Positions 62,582 to 64,000 of a stretch of 64,000 nucleotides of DNA are shown piece by piece. The stretch's first letter is position 1. Each line of letters begins with the position of its first letter. Under the pieces are notes generated by a model. That model had not been told where the DNA came from and ran no database searches. It worked only from the letters and a program-made list of their open reading frames with translations. Both the position numbers and the translations under genes were made by a program. The stretch comes from Gordius albopunctatus (lineage: Eukaryota): NCBI GenBank assembly GCA_964276515.1, contig OZ193910.1, forward strand, positions 3,596,001 to 3,660,000, read 5' to 3'.

Positions 62582-62770
62582 ACAATTTGACGTCCATCAA
62601 CTTGTCCTTGAATAATTTGCTTAAAACGATACCGACCCCGTCTCTAGGATTTGGTGACCCGTTGTATTTGTATCCTTCTCTTAGCCCCGAGCTTTGGTTC
62701 CATTCCACTTCGTCTTCTGTAGACAGGCGATGTGTACCTTTCTTGTTTTTGCATTTGTGCAACCTCTATG
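62582..62770 (-). mobile_element. RTE LINE AP-endonuclease N-terminal fragment
   Basis: GYKYNGSPNPRDGVGIVLSKLFKDKLMDVK matches the RTE APE pattern (GYK..Y.G....NGVGI......K..V). Confidence 0.7.
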
Positions 62771-64000
62771 CTTTTTATAGTCAACCTTCCATTCGTATGT
62801 TATCCTCATTCTAACCACTAAATTTCTCAAACGCTTTTTTTATGAGTCAAGCGGTAACGCTAGAGTATTTTTTACATTGCACGGTCGGGAAGCGCGCGTC
62901 ATTTGTGGAGGAAGCCATAGATTTCAATTGTAAAGTTAATATCACGACTATGGAGAATGTTTTTACAATCGGTTTCCAACCTGAAGCCATTCTCAACCTT
63001 TTGCACACGGGCTTGGAAACGTCAAAGTTTTCCTTTATGGTTTATAAAGCTACATTGTGTCTTGAAATGGTAGGTTATGGCGGGTATACTTTATAAAGCT
63101 TTGGCTTCTTTTTTGTTGATATCCAAAGTCCGCAAATTAAAAGTTTTTAGTTCTGCCTTCCTGGCCCAGCGCCCCTGACAACTTGAATTTATTGTATAAC
63201 GCCCAACCCGCCCTGCCTTGCCCGGATAAAATATTTTGTTAAATGTAAAAAACAAGAGCAAACAATCTTTATATTGTGAAAATAAGCATCATAAATAACA
63301 TTTAATGTTTAATTAAAAATAAGTCATTTCTAATATCCAAGGATAAATAAATCCCTCTTTGGTAAGAATAACTGCTTCAAAGTTACAACGGGCCATTAAA
63401 AGAACTTTGGACCTTTGAATAATCATTAATTCTTTACCCAAGTACATCAGAATTTTTGTTTTATATTTTGTTGTTCTTTGCCATCATCTTCACTAAGATT
63501 TTTTCCAAACTAGCTAAAATGCTAAATAAATTATTTAAAGATATCTCTTTAAATTAACTTGATGGGTATTTTATGCAATGGCTTATAAGACTTTATCTGT
63601 TCCTGCTTTTTACATAAATCATTATTTTATTTCAAATGTTTGTTTAATCATTTTTAATAACTTACTTTATAACTACTAGATTTAGTACATTAATAAATTG
63701 CAAAGTAAAAAATTTTGAAATTGCAATTCTTATTAATTTAACGATAATAAATTTTTTTGTATTTCATATGTGTTGTAGTCGTAGTTCTCGTGATTGCAAT
63801 TCGACGATTTCACATAATCGCTATAAATTAGATATGAAATTACCATTTAATAAATTTCCTATTTAGGCATGTACTATTTAATTTTACACTTTATTTTTCT
63901 AAGTGAGAGTATCATTATTATTGAATAAACAACAAAAATCACCACTATACACAACGTTAAAACATATGTCTGCATATAAAAATATGCATAAAAGAAAGTT

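Noticed and set aside
63405..63515. First coding exon of GCN1 (SLEKILVKMMAKNN / KYKTKILMYLGKEL)
   Set aside because: Suggestive similarity to the GCN1 N-terminus, but it needs a frameshift in an A-run and no phase-compatible splice to 59990 was found. Left unresolved.

Overview
AT-rich, intron-rich eukaryotic DNA, probably from an invertebrate animal. It is not prokaryotic and contains no CRISPR, rRNA or convincing tRNA genes. Three spliced genes were reconstructed by hand from GT-AG sites and reading-frame phase. (1) WDR25 (minus strand, 1028-3114, 5 exons, about 376 aa). (2) A 9-exon, about 608 aa plus-strand gene (8914-16564) with an MGTACS N-terminus and a degenerate adenylate-kinase-like domain. 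(3) A large, divergent GCN1 (minus strand, 17058 to at least 59975, about 45 exons, 5' end unresolved). Introns and intergenic DNA carry many mobile elements: RTE and CRE LINE fragments, several hAT-type MITE families with 8-bp TSDs, a tRNA-derived SINE, a Penelope-like element with a minimal hammerhead ribozyme, a Helentron-like (HINE) element carrying a serpin fragment nested in a Tc1/mariner-type MITE, and an internally deleted Gypsy LTR element. The most striking observation is a TSD-bounded insertion at 20816-21753. It encodes an intact DIRS/hepadnavirus-like RNase H followed by a TATA box, a poly(A) signal and two hairpins, yet it has the same terminal sequence and inverted-5'-end architecture as the Penelope element at 33951-34873. 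This suggests a foreign retroelement integrated by Penelope machinery. All family assignments are from motif recall and were not checked by database search.
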